Assembly (NCBI GenBank): GCA_024137785.1
Contig: JAHRHZ010000009.1
Span: forward strand, 6,063,990 to 6,127,989
DNA from: Ginglymostoma cirratum
Taxonomy: Eukaryota
Length of the DNA stretch: 64,000 nucleotides
Direction: 5' to 3'
Part shown: piece after piece, positions 40,819-52,689 of the stretch
How the letters are laid out: each line of letters starts with the position of its first letter
How positions within the stretch are numbered: position 1 is the stretch's first letter
Translations under genes and position numbers: made by a program
The notes under the pieces: generated by a model
The model's database searches: none
What the model was told of the DNA's origin: nothing
Seen by the model: only the letters and a program-made list of their open reading frames with translations

Positions 40819-41690
40819 TTTAAAGGTGGCTATGGGTCAGGAACTTTTAGGAGTTGAGTTCCTTCCAGAGTGAAATAAATCACTGTTGTACAATGATTTG
40901 TAAGAGACTCTGCATGTAAACATCAGTAAATATATTTAAATACATGAAAATATCAGTGAATATATTTAATCTTGCTGAAGTAAAGCTGCCAGAACAAGAA
41001 CGTGGCTTTGCATCCCATGATGCAGGATGCATTGTATCACTTTTCAGATATTGCACATAATTTCTAAGATATAATGGAATCAAAATATATTTCACTCCTT
41101 CAGCATCCAGCTGCTGTGTGATCACATACAGCACATCACACAGGCCGCTGTGTGATGCAGACTACTGCAAAATGCCACGTCATAACCTACTACTGGTATA
41201 TGGGGCAGCGGCCTGTGTGATGTGCTGTATGTGATCACACAGTAGCTGGATGCTGAAGGAGTGAAATATATTTTGATTCCATTATATCTTAGAAATTATG
41301 TGCAATATCTGAAAAGTGATACAATGCATCCTGCATCATGGGATGCAAAGCCACGTTCTTGTTCTGGCAGCTTTACTTCAGCAAGATTAAATATATTCAC
41401 TGATATTTTCATGTATTTAAATATATTTACTGATGTTTACATGCAGAGTCTCTTACAAATCATTGTACAGCAGTGGAGGAGAGATATTTGGAATCAACCT
41501 GTTCAGAGGTGGTATTATGCATCTGTGGAGCAGGTGGGACTTGAACCTAGGCCTCCACAACCCAGAGGTAGGGACACTATCACAATAGCCCTGACGGTGA
41601 GGGCAGACTGCGTGATTTTACAATTATCACCTATTTCACTCTGGAAGGAACTCAACTCCTAAAAGTTCCTGACCCATAGCCACCTTTAAA
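40819..41690. repeat. Long nested inverted repeat (fold-back)
   Basis: Inner arms 40881-41150 / 41206-41475 (270 bp, 2 mismatches, no indels, 55-bp spacer). Outer arms 40819-40877 / 41632-41690 (59 bp, perfect). Confidence 0.97.
41490..41590 (-). mobile_element. tRNA-derived SINE head fragment inside the right side of the fold-back
   Basis: Reverse complement reads gtgatagtgtccctacctctgggttgtggaggcctaggttcaagtcccacctgctcca, with B box ggttcaagtcc. Confidence 0.6.
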
Positions 41691-41894
41691 GTTACATGTA
41701 GTGTCATCTATGCTGTGCTGTGAAGTTCTAGTTCTGGCAAATTTCTGTGAACCCCTGCTTAGAGAAACAGAAACATCTGACAATGTTGTTTGCTGAGATA
41801 GGGGTGTGGAAACTGCTATGGGTAGATATGGCCTCTTACTGAGGCTCCTTCTGACTATCTCCTCCCTGTTTAAGTAGATTGCCCTCTTCTGTGT

Positions 41895-42100
41895 CACTCC
41901 TCATTAGTGAACCAGGTGGGTTTTTCCCTGACAATCAACAATGGATCCATGGTCATCATTAGATTCTTAATTCCAGATATTTATTGGATTCAGATTCCAC
42001 CATCTGCCATGGCAGGATTTGAACCCAGGTCCCCAGAACATTATCTGGGTCTCTGGATTAACAGTCCAGCGATAATACCACTAGGTCATTGCCTCCCCCC
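41895..42100 (-). mobile_element. tRNA-derived SINE (same family as 18885-19205)
   Basis: Reverse complement has ggcaatgacctagtggtattatcgctggactgttaatccagagaccc...gggttcaaatcc. Confidence 0.8.
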
Positions 42101-42109
42101 ATAGACTGC

Positions 42110-42570
42110 ATCAATCCCTGAGGAGTTGTGAATGGCATTGAACATTTTGCAATTATCAGTGAACATCCCCACTTCTGACCTTACTGTGAAGGGAAGGTCT
42201 TTTCAGAAGCTGCTGAAGATGGTTGAAACTTGGGATACTACCTGCGGACTCCTGCAGCGATATGGTGTGGTTGAGATGATTGACATTCAATAAGCACAAT
42301 GATCTTCCTTTGTGCTAAGGTTTGACTCCAAATAATAGACAGTTTTCTCTGAGTCTCATTTACTACAGTTTGGCTGGCATTGCTTGATGCCAAACTCGAT
42401 CAAATGTTGCCTTGTTATCAAGGGAGTCATTTTTACTTCGCACTGAAATTCACCTCTTTTGTTCATACTTGAGCCAATGCTGTAATGAGTTCACGAGCTG
42501 AGTGGTCCTGCTGAAACCCAAACTGAATGTCAGTGAGCAGATGATTCCTTTACAGTCAACAACACCTTCC
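42110..42570 (-). mobile_element. L2/CR1-like LINE internal fragment
   Basis: Reverse-strand RT core including the GVPQGS-like region (ctacctgcggactcctgcag). Confidence 0.55.
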
Positions 42571-43061
42571 ACCACGGTTCCGTCTGACTGCATCAACCAA
42601 GGCTAAGACTGAATAATCTTCAAAGTCAGCATCAAAGCCTTTCCCACACAACACATCACTCCCTTAGGAGGTTTAGATCACTGCGCAAACTTCCAAACAC
42701 TTATGAACTCAGCAGGCTCTATGAATACATGTTCATGTATATGTGATGAAAATAAGATATTAGTGGAGGTGTTGAAGCTAAAATTGACTGACATCAAATC
42801 CACATGCCTGCTGATTGACATCAGAGACTCCTATGCCATGCTTCAGCTGCTGCTCCCAGCTCTCAGCCCCACATGACTGATCTGTCGAAAATGGAAATTG
42901 CTAGGGGACTCATTATTAATATGCACAGACAGTGTGGATTGTGTTTCAGCACCAAAATGCCATCCATAGTCTAGAAAATATGGGTGTTACATAACTAAAT
43001 GTTATACTAGGAATATTTTGATAGGTAGTGATCAACAAAAATACTTCCGCCTTTTGCTTAG

Positions 43062-43670
43062 TCATAAAGTCATACAGCATGAAAATAGACCCATCAGCCC
43101 AACTTGTCTGTGCCGACCAGGTTTCCTAAACTGGACTAGTCCCATTTGCCTGTGTTTGGTGCATATCCCTCTAAATATTACCTATTCATGTGCCTGTTCA
43201 AATGTCTTTTAAATGTTATAATTGTACTCACATCTACCACTTCTTCTGGTAATTCGTTCCACGACACCCTTTGTGGAAAAATTGTTGCCCCTCAGGTCCC
43301 TTTTAAATCTTTCCCCCTTCACCTTAAACCTATGTCCTCTAGTTTTGGAATCTCCTACCCTGGGGAAAAGATATTGGCTATTCACCTTATCTCTGCCCTT
43401 CATGATTTTATAAACCTCTACAAGGTCACTCCTCAGGGTCCTGTTCTCCAGGGGAAAATCATCCCAGCCTGCCCAGCCTCTCCTTACAACTCAAACACTC
43501 CAGTCTCAGTAACGTCCTTGTTAATCTTTTTTGCACCCTTTCCAGTTTAATAACATCCTTCCTATAGCAGGGCGACCAGAATTGTAAGCAGTGTTCCAAA
43601 TGTGGCCTTACCAATATCTTGTACGGCTGTAACATGAAGTCCCAACTCCTGTACTCAATGCTCTGACCTA
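43062..43670 (-). mobile_element. CR1-type LINE 3' part (host element, resumes at ~45088-45182)
   Basis: ORFs LVRPHLEHCLQFWSPCYRKDVIKLERVQKR and LFPRVGDSKTRGHRFKVKGERFKRDLRG. Same family as 29595-32275. Confidence 0.9.
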
Positions 43671-45090
43671 TAGGAACATAGGAATTAGGAGTGGGAGTCG
43701 GCAATTCAGCTCTTTAAGCCCCCTCTGCCATTTAACATGATTATGGCTGATCTTGTTCTGGTCTCAACTCCACTTTGCTGCCTGTTCCCCATATCCCTTT
43801 ATCCCGCTTTTCATCAGAAACATATTTATTTCTTTCTTGAATCTGTTGATTGATTCTGCCTCCACTGCTCTCTGTAGCAGTGAGTTCCACAGATTCACAA
43901 CCCTCTGAGAGAAGTAGTTTTTCCTCATCTCAGCTTTAAACCTATCTCCTCTCACTCTCTATCTATGACCTCTTGTTTGAGACTGTTCCACGTCCACCTT
44001 ATTGATCCCCTTTGGCACTTCCTATACTTCCTCTTCATTCTTCTGAACTCCAGCGAGTATAAGCCCAAGTTATTCAAACCCTCCTCATACAATGCCATCT
44101 CATCCCCCGAATCAACCTGGTGAACCTCCTCTGAACTGGCTTCAGTGTCACCACATCCTCCTTCAAGTGAGAAGACTAGAACTGGACACAGTATTTCAAA
44201 TGGTGTATCACTAGCACCTTACATAATTGTAGCACCACTTTTTTCACTTAAATAATCCAGTCCTTTTGTAATTAATGCCAGGAATCCATTTGCCTTTCTT
44301 ATTATCCGCGGCACTTGCATACCAGCTTCCTGCACTGAAAAACTCTGCACTGTTGGGCTTTGAATCTGCTTCGCATTGTTTTCCCAGCCAAAATGGACAA
44401 CTTCACAATTATCCACATTAAACTGCATCTGCCAGATTCTGGCCCATTCTGTTAGCCTATCAATATCCATCTGTAGACTCTTTACCTCCTCATCATTGCC
44501 TGCATTCCTACCTATTTTAGTATCACCAGTGAACTTTGCTATGTTACAATCTGCCCCCGTTTGTGGATCATTTATATAGTTTGTAATTGTTTGAGTTCTG
44601 AAAACTGAACCCTGTGGCACCCCATTAGTTACAGTTCACCATCTAGAGAAAGACCCATTTATCCCAACCTTCTGATTTGTGTCAGTCAACCAATCCTCTA
44701 AACAAGCCAACGCTCTACCCTTAACCCCCGGGATCTAACCTTCTGGATCATACTTTTATGTGGCACCTTGTCACCTTCTGGAAGTCTAGATATACCACAT
44801 CCACTGGATCCCCATTATCTACCTTGCTGGCTGCGTTCTGAAAGAATTCCAACAAGTTTGTCAAGCCCGACTTGCCATTCATGGAATTGAGCTTTGTTTT
44901 TCCAAATGTTCAGTCATCACCTCCTTTATGACTAACTCCAGCATTTTCCTCTACTGCAGAGGTCAAACTAACTGCTCAATTGTTTCCCATTTTTTGCCTA
45001 GCTCCTTCTTTCAGTAGGGGTGTCGCAGCAGCGTGTTTCCAATCCACTGGTACTTTTCCAGAATTCAGGGAAATTTGGAAAATTATAACC
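43671..45090 (-). mobile_element. Second CR1-type LINE nested in the first
   Basis: Has its own 3' tail (taggaacataggaattaggag...) and RT pieces PQGSV, AKFTGDTKIG, WQMQFNVDNCEVVHFG, FSQRVVNLWNSL. Confidence 0.88.
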
Positions 45091-45806
45091 AATGAAGGCA
45101 AGTATGCCAAACGCCTTCTTCACCACCCTGTCTACCTGTGATACCACATTCAAGGAACTATGTACCTGCACCCTAGGTCTTTGGTAGGGTTTCTGTGCTG
45201 TTGTGGATTTGTTTTAGATGTTGGTGCAGGTATACGGGAGATCTTGTGGCCCAGTGAGTTGCATTCCTGCTTTTGAGTTCGAAGTTCCAGAGATGTAAAT
45301 GCTTCTAATATACACCATTGATTGCAGGAAAAATGAGGTAAACGATGATGCTAAGAATATTGGAACCTCTCCCCTGAGTGAACACCACTACCTTCCATAT
45401 GTATAAGGTGCTGTATAATGAGATAGCTGAACATTTCCCCCTAATGTATTAGGTGAGTTTGACTGCATAGATGAATTGCTGTGTGGTAATGAGGAACAAT
45501 GTGTGTGAAATATCATTGGTGCAATGCCAATACTGCAGTGTTACACTCCCACACTAACTCAGGGTCATACCTCTCACTAATCCTGACTGTTCTTTCTAAA
45601 TCGTGGATATTACTTTGTAGTTTACATGTACATTTCCTGACTAAAATCTCAACTCAGGATTCTCCAAGAGGATGACTTTGACTTCTGGATGCCTGAGGAA
45701 TGAAATGAAAATTGACAGAAGACTGGGTCTTCGTACACAGTTTAAAGGCACCTATGGAAGAGGGTTTTCTATTTGCGCTCTGCATCGTAAAATTGTACAT
45801 CTATTT

Positions 45807-45988
45807 ACGAAGCGCCAAAACCAGAAATTGCTGGAAAAGCTCAGCAGCATCTGCTGAGAGAAATCAGAGTTAACGTTTCGGATCCAGTGACCCATCCTCA
45901 GAACGAGTTCTGAGTGGACCTGCTGAGCTTTTCCAGCAATTTCTGTTTTTGTTTCTGATTTCTAGCATCCACAGTTTTTTTGGCTTTT
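45807..45988. mobile_element. Penelope-like family B inverted-pair element
   Basis: cagaaattgctggaaaagctcagcag / ctgctgagcttttccagcaatttctg are perfect complements. Possible TSD atctattt at 45799-45806 and 45989-45996. Confidence 0.75.
45869..45904 (-). ncRNA. Minimal type I hammerhead ribozyme motif (family B), core intact
   Basis: - strand reads GUU CUGAGGA U GGGUC-ACUG-GAUCC GAAA C GUU AAC: CUGANGA box, 5-bp stem II, GAAA box, NUH triplet, stem I GUU/AAC. Activity is untested. Confidence 0.55.
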
Positions 45989-47559
45989 ATCTATTTCCAG
46001 CAGTTTGATGAATATACTGCCCGCAGCACACAGAAGAAAACTTCCTGGGTCAATCAATTAAGGAGTGAAGTGATGGTATTTATTGATATTGGTGCCACTG
46101 ACCACATTCCAATCTTGTGATATAAAATGGACCTGAGGAAGGAGGCAGCAGAAAAAGAACAAAAATTTCAAGAGTTTTGAAAAGCAGCATATTATGCTAC
46201 ACTAAATACTGTCCATTAAAAATGTATCATACAAAATAATTGATTCACTTGTAGATAATTCAATCTGGCAAATCTAATGTCAGGCAGTAATTATTCAGAG
46301 CTAATAGAGATGACAGAAAAATTACTTTTTGCTGGAATAGAGCACATTTAGTATGACGTTAATTTACAATAAAATTTCAGATATAATGATCAATATTTAT
46401 GTAGACTTCGCATGCATGGCTTACATCAATTAAAGTTTCTCTCTGTATTCTATCTGTTATTTAATTTAGCTGAGGATGTTTTTGATACCTTGGACTGGTT
46501 ATTTATGCATAGCACTGAGTGTCCTAATTAGAGTATAATAACCATGTCTAAATTAGTAAAAAGGCTCCAATGGTCTTGAAGCAATATCATAATTCTATTT
46601 TTTGCTGATCTGGTAGCAATATTTGTTCAAACTGAAATATATATTAATGCACAGGGCTGCCTTCTTTGCAAACAGAAAGAACATGTACAAACATTGCTCC
46701 TATTTTAATGCACTAAATTAGGTGACAGCTATACTTTGAATCATTTTTCAGAGCAATGTCTTGAGTAATCAGAGTCTTGGTTAAAGTTTAACTAAAGTCT
46801 GGCAGTTAATCATCAGTCATCATTAACCAGTGCATTATCCAAGGCAATGCCTTTGCTAATCGGAGTGCACTTGCCAGTTAATCAGCACTCTCATCTAATA
46901 CAGTATACACGTTTTTCCTTTCCTTTGGTATTGTCTTGATGAGTAAACGATTAAAAGACCTGGCAAAATGTGCCTCTTTCAGCAGTACTAACATTGACAG
47001 TTCTTAGGCTTTTAAGTAAACTTTGTTGAAATAAACCATCAGCTATTCAGGAGAATTAATAAACCCATTCACAATACTCCATTTCAGGTAGATTTAGAGC
47101 TGGAAGCAAATCTCAGACAATCTAACACTTTATGTCCAAGATAGCTTTTTTAAAAGTGTTTGTACATAGACCATTTAACAGAGCAGTTTACTGGTACAAA
47201 ATATGGTTATTCAACAATTAATTTCTGGTTGTGGGCATTGCTGCTCACTCTAAAAGGATGGCTGTGGGATGCAGCCTCTATTCTTTGTTAGTAATTTTAT
47301 GCAACTTTCTGAGCCACTTCATAGGGTAAGAGTCAGCCTTATTTGTCGTATAGGCCAGAACTATCTGACAATTTCTTCATCACTTTTACTGATCCCAGCA
47401 TTCATTTCATCGTACCATATCGGAATTTGAACTGATGGTCTACTTCATGTCTAGTCAAGCAACATAATTCATTATCTACCCTACTAAAGTAGTGATACTG
47501 CATAGCAATTTTCAATTACCATATTTTGGACGGCACAAATGTTTAATTATTTCATGACG

Positions 47560-47930
47560 GTAACATGTATTTTACCACCTTTTAATGCAATGAAGTGCTT
47601 CAGGGTGTTTCACAGGATTATTATAAATGAAATAATGACACTAAGGCATGTAAGGAGATATAAGGTCAGCTAATTAATCAAAGAGGTACATCTTAAGAAT
47701 GATCTTAAAGGAGAAAAACACGGTAGTGGAGAGTCAGAGAGGTGTAGACGCTTAGCCTGAACAGCTGGATGTAAAGCCATTCGCAGCACAGCAATTAAAA
47801 TGGGAGATGCACAAGATGCTAGAATTAGAGGTGTACAAATATTTCAGCAAGATGTTGGGCTGGGAAGATTACAGAGATGGGGAGGGGCACGGTCACGGAA
47901 GGATTTGAGACCAAGACCCATTGTAAGTCT
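47560..47930 (-). mobile_element. L2-like LINE 3' end remnant
   Basis: ggtgtttcacaggattattat...tgacactaagg tract; a related copy lies at ~57870-58070. Confidence 0.5.
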
Positions 47931-48104
47931 GTGAACTCGAAGGTAATAGTGAAATAGAGGGAATTAAGAGTTGAGATAACAGAATGATTCCAAGTTCAGC
48001 AATTAATGATACAATTTTCTGATCATTTTGAAAGGCTTATTATTTTGTTGATCTCTTCATGTCCAAGTATTCACTTTATATGTGATTTCAAAACAAAATA
48101 TGAA

Positions 48105-48940
48105 CATCAATGCAGAGAATATCAACAATATGAATTTCAATGCAGAGAATTGTGAGGTAATACATTTTCATAGAAGAAATATGAGGACACCGTTCAGGCT
48201 CAATTGTATAACTTTGAAGGGATACAGGAGCAGAGGGACCTCACAGTTAAATACATAATTTTCTGAAGGTGGACAGGCAAGTTGAAACAGTTGTTAAGAA
48301 TGCCTATAGGATGCTTAGGTTTATAAATAGAAGCATAGAGTATAAAAGCAACGAAATGATGCTACACTTCTACAAATCACTGGTCAGACCACATGTGGAG
48401 CATTGTGTTCTGTTCTTTATTTATTTTTATTTAAGGAAGGATGTTAAAGCCCTGAAGACAATGCAAAGGAAATTTATTAGAATGATGCCAGAAATGAGGG
48501 ATTTTAGACATAACGATTGAAGATATTAGGCTTCTTCTTCATGGAGCAGAGAAGATTGGGAGGCGACCTTAGATTGGTGTTCAAGATTATGAACAGTTTT
48601 GACAGGATAAAGATGAATAATTTGTTTTCGACTAGTTGTTATGACAGTAACTAGAGTTCTCAATTTCAAGATTGTCAACAAGACAGCTAGGAGTGAGACA
48701 AGGAGAAACTTCTTTACACAGAGAGTTGTTAGGATTTGGAATGTGCTGCCTGGGAGAATGATGAAGATGGATTCCATAGTTGGTTTCAGAAGAGAGCAGG
48801 ATATATATTTGAAAGTGATGAGTTTAGAGGACGACAGAGATAGGGCTGGAGAATATGACGAGTTGGGTAGCTCATTCAGGAGCTAGTACAAACATGATAG
48901 AGTGAATGGCCTCTTGTCCTGTGAAATACTATGATTCTAA
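48105..48940 (+). mobile_element. CR1-type LINE 3' portion
   Basis: ORFs AYRMLRFINRSIEYKS...YKSLVRPHVEHCV and RRNFFTQRVVRIWNVLP. Confidence 0.9.
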
Positions 48941-50690
48941 AATATATACCATGCCAGTACATTAGGAAATAAGATATTTTAATTCTTTGAAAAGCTGCAT
49001 TAATAAACCTGCTTACCTGCTTGGCCATGTTAGCTAATTAAAGCAGAGCGTCTACACTGTAGACTGCAGTACTGTCTGCTCAGGCCAAGTACATTTTCAC
49101 AGATTGATACTCTGCTCAGTACCCTCCAAACACCACATACATGTGTAGTGTCACATGACATGTTGGCTACATAATAAGAATTAAGTACTTGAGGAAATGT
49201 TTCTGAATCCATGATTCACCAGATCAGAATATTATTGTTGTATTTGATATGAAGTCTAAGCAGCAGGAGCTTCAAGGTAGTCACACGTTGGTTCCCTCAA
49301 TTTTTATTGCCACTGCGTGTTGGCCACAAATTCAAGATCCAAGCATATTACAACATGGATAAAGGAGTCATTAACCCGTTGTGCTTATTACTTTGAAAGA
49401 GCTCTTCATTAAGTCTCACTTTTCCATGCTTTACTCATAGTATTGCAAGTTTTTTTTATTTCCAAGTAATTATCAAATTTCTTTGGAAACATTACTATTG
49501 AATTTGCTTCCACCACCCTGTTAGACTATTCATTTCTCCATATCTCGACTCCAATTTGCTAATTACCTTAAATCTGTGCATCTTGCCTCCTGACCCTCAC
49601 TGGAAGCATTTTCTGTCTATCAACTCCATCAAAGTTCTTTGCAATTTTAAAATATTTCATTCTTTTGGCCATAAAAGTTTATATCACAGAATATTGGAAC
49701 AGCCCTGAACATGCCCTTCAACTTTGTTGATCTTGAGCAGGCCTTTTATGAAGAGTTAATGGGTGCATGTTAGCATACTGGTGCAGTAATTGATTTAAGT
49801 TTTCAGTTGAATGAACTGTAGTCTCAATCTCAGGAGACATACCCTGAAGACTTGCCAATGATTACATTTTTCATAACCCTTTCAATGAAATCTTTTGGGA
49901 CCATCGCTATGAAAGTAGCTTCTGTAGAGAGAACTGTAAATTTTCACCTTCTGACGCTAACAGTATCGGAACTACAACTGTCATGCAATGTTGGGAAAGT
50001 AACAAAGAAGACACTATCTACAGGAGGAGAGCAGTCTAGCCACAGAAGTGAATGTAGTAGACGTTCTGCCCAACATTTATTTTGCCTGAAAGTTAATTAG
50101 TAGCTTTCTAAAAAACAATTGTGTAAAATCATACACGCTGGCTGCCAGTCAAAAAAAGCCTTTTCTTCCATTAAACACAATTAATATGAGGGTAAAAATT
50201 ACTCATGGGAATGTTAATATGTAGCAATTTAATCATCTGCTACCTCTGTCTAAGTAGCAGAGTGAGGAATTTAATACAAATGCTTTAAAAATTGACATAA
50301 CACCATCATCGTAAATTTCTGCTCAGTATAAGTGAATTTTCTTATACTGCCTCTGATTCATCCATCAAAATTGACTAAGAAGCAGTCAGAAATTACGAAA
50401 CAAATACACCAAAATTGTGACGGATGAATGAGAGAAACTCCTACGCAAATTCACTTCTGCAGAATTTTACAAGTACACTAATCAAAGTGTAGCACAAGTT
50501 TTACATAAAAGCTATTAGTTGTAAGAATTATTGAAATTCCACTCAGTTATGATTTTGATTTGATCTTTACTCAGCTTTGGAATGAAATAAATCTTTCCCT
50601 GGAAAATGGCCAGGTTTTGTTTGGGATGGAGGTTAAAATGTTAAAAATCTGAAATACAAGTGCACTATATTCAAATTAGATTTCATTGGA

Positions 50691-50827
50691 TAAAAACCAA
50701 AAGAACTGACGATTAAAAGAAGTTCAGTTCTGAGGAAGGGGCACGGGACCCAAAGCGTTAACTCTGTTTTCTCCTTCACAGATGCTGCCAGACCTGCTGA
50801 GCTTTTCCAGCAACTTTGTTCTTGTTC
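50691..50827. mobile_element. Penelope-like family B element with perfect 14-bp TSD
   Basis: Short inverted stub aaaaaccaaaagaactg, then gttctgaggaaggggcacgggacccaaagcgttaac...ttccagcaactttg. TSD tagatttcattgga at 50677-50690 and 50828-50841. Confidence 0.78.
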
Positions 50828-51984
50828 TAGATTTCATTGGAGATAGGAGAGGGACCAAGGACAGCCAACCTTGCTTGAGAAAGGCAAGCTGCTACTTTAG
50901 ATATTAGAATGAAGCTGGGAGGCTCACACTTATCCATCATTTCAAAGTTAGCTTTGCCCAATCAAGTTTCTCAATTTTGGGAAAACCATTGGCTCCAGAA
51001 AACCCAGGACTCCTGGTGCCAGGAGATTAAAACTAAAACTGAACCTACTTGCTACATTTCAGCATTCCTCCCTTGATAGTTTACCACAATTGACACTCAG
51101 CTGGCTGTTCCAAACAGCCCACTCTCTCACCCTTAAGGCACCCACTCTCTTCCATGACCACCTTGCCTCCAGTTCCTCAGGCTTCTGAGTCCTGCATGCC
51201 AAGGTATGATTGCTAATGGAATCAGATTAGGGCTCTTATCTACCCAGCCTTGAAGCAACATTTCACAACCTCCTGGAAGCCAAGCTTGTCAATCAGGAAG
51301 GGTCAGTTCAGGCAGTCTGTGAATGATATCATTTGCTCATAGATTTTCAGAATATTGTAGGTCATGTACTGCTCTGGCAGGTTACAAGGGTAAAACACCC
51401 ATATTGTTCTCATGTCCAGTTTGGATCCAGTCTATTCTCTCACAGAGTTTATTTGGTGTAGTTTGGCGGTCACTATATTTTGTTTTAATTCTACCATTTA
51501 GAAAGTGGAGTTCTTTGGCTAGTTTGCAGCAAAACAAAACCTCTGAGAAATGGAAGGCACCAGTTTGGTTGCATAGTCTACTGAATGTTGCTGCAGAAAG
51601 CCCAAAACCCGGGGAGGTTATTGTTTCATGATGGGGTTATGTGGATATTGGAGATTATGCAGATGTTAGGGAAGGGCTGGGTAGTGGTGGTTAGAATTAG
51701 GAGAGACTGACTTGACCTTTGGTTGACTCTCAAGTACTTTGCCTTCAATGAAGCTTTATTACCTCCAATTGCAATTTCATGGGGGTTTGGTGAGCAGAGT
51801 GAGATCAAATCAAAGGTGTCCAAGGTTTTTTTGTGAGGGCCAATTGTATTATCAATTGTGGGGTAAGTGACATTTTGACCAGGGGTCAAGAGAGGGTTGC
51901 TGAAACTATACATCTAAAGGAAGGGGGGTATGAGCCTGTTGGTGAGTGAACATTAGTAAGAACTCACGAGTGGGGGTGACAATG

Positions 51985-52385
51985 ACTCTGTTCTCTTTGC
52001 CTCTGCCTCCTCCATTTTTCTGTCTCTACCCCACACACCTCTGTCTTTCTCAGCCCCTCCCTCTCTTCCCTGCTGTTTCCCATCTAACTTTTCACATCTC
52101 TCTCAGCCTCTGCATTCTCCCTTTTTTCCCAACCTGCATCTCTCACCTATTTAGCCCTCTTTTTCCTCTACCTCTCCTTCCTACTCAGTCTCTGTCTCCA
52201 TGTCTCTGTCTCTCTCTCTCTCTCACTCTTTCCATCTCCACCCCCACTGAACCCTGTTTCCATCCCTCCCTCTTTCTCTCTCCATAATCTCCCTTTCTCC
52301 CTATTTATTGCATCCCTCTCTTTTTTCTACTCTTCCCTTCCCTCTCTTTCCTCCTTCCCACCCTCTATCACTCATTGCTCTCTTC
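51985..52385. repeat. CT-rich low-complexity polypyrimidine tract
   Basis: About 400 bp dominated by C/T, including (tc)n near 52209-52224. Confidence 0.85.
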
Positions 52386-52689
52386 ATGGTGGCCGCCATT
52401 TTCTGGATATTTTCACTTCCCGGCTCCTATCCGGGTTACTGACTGTGCTAAGCCACTGGACGGTTCACAGATCCTCACAGAAATTCACATTTCACAATAT
52501 GACACTTCTCATTTTCAAAGGACTCCCCAGGCAGTTGATGAGCTGATACAAACCTTTGTCAGGTTGGACTGTGCCCAACGGGTCATACGATGGACAACCA
52601 AATTTTCAAAAGTAGTAGAACAATAGATCAGGCTGATTTGAAAATCCTGCACATGAAGATTAGAAGAAAACTTTAAAGGCCTTATAAGC

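Noticed and set aside
40880-41662. Two ORFs on opposite strands with the same peptide (KYILIPLYLRNYVQ...)
   Set aside because: A by-product of the inverted repeat. Non-ATG starts, no recognisable domain, no splice context.
51946-52287. 113-aa L/P/S-rich ORF
   Set aside because: Translation of a CT-rich low-complexity tract.
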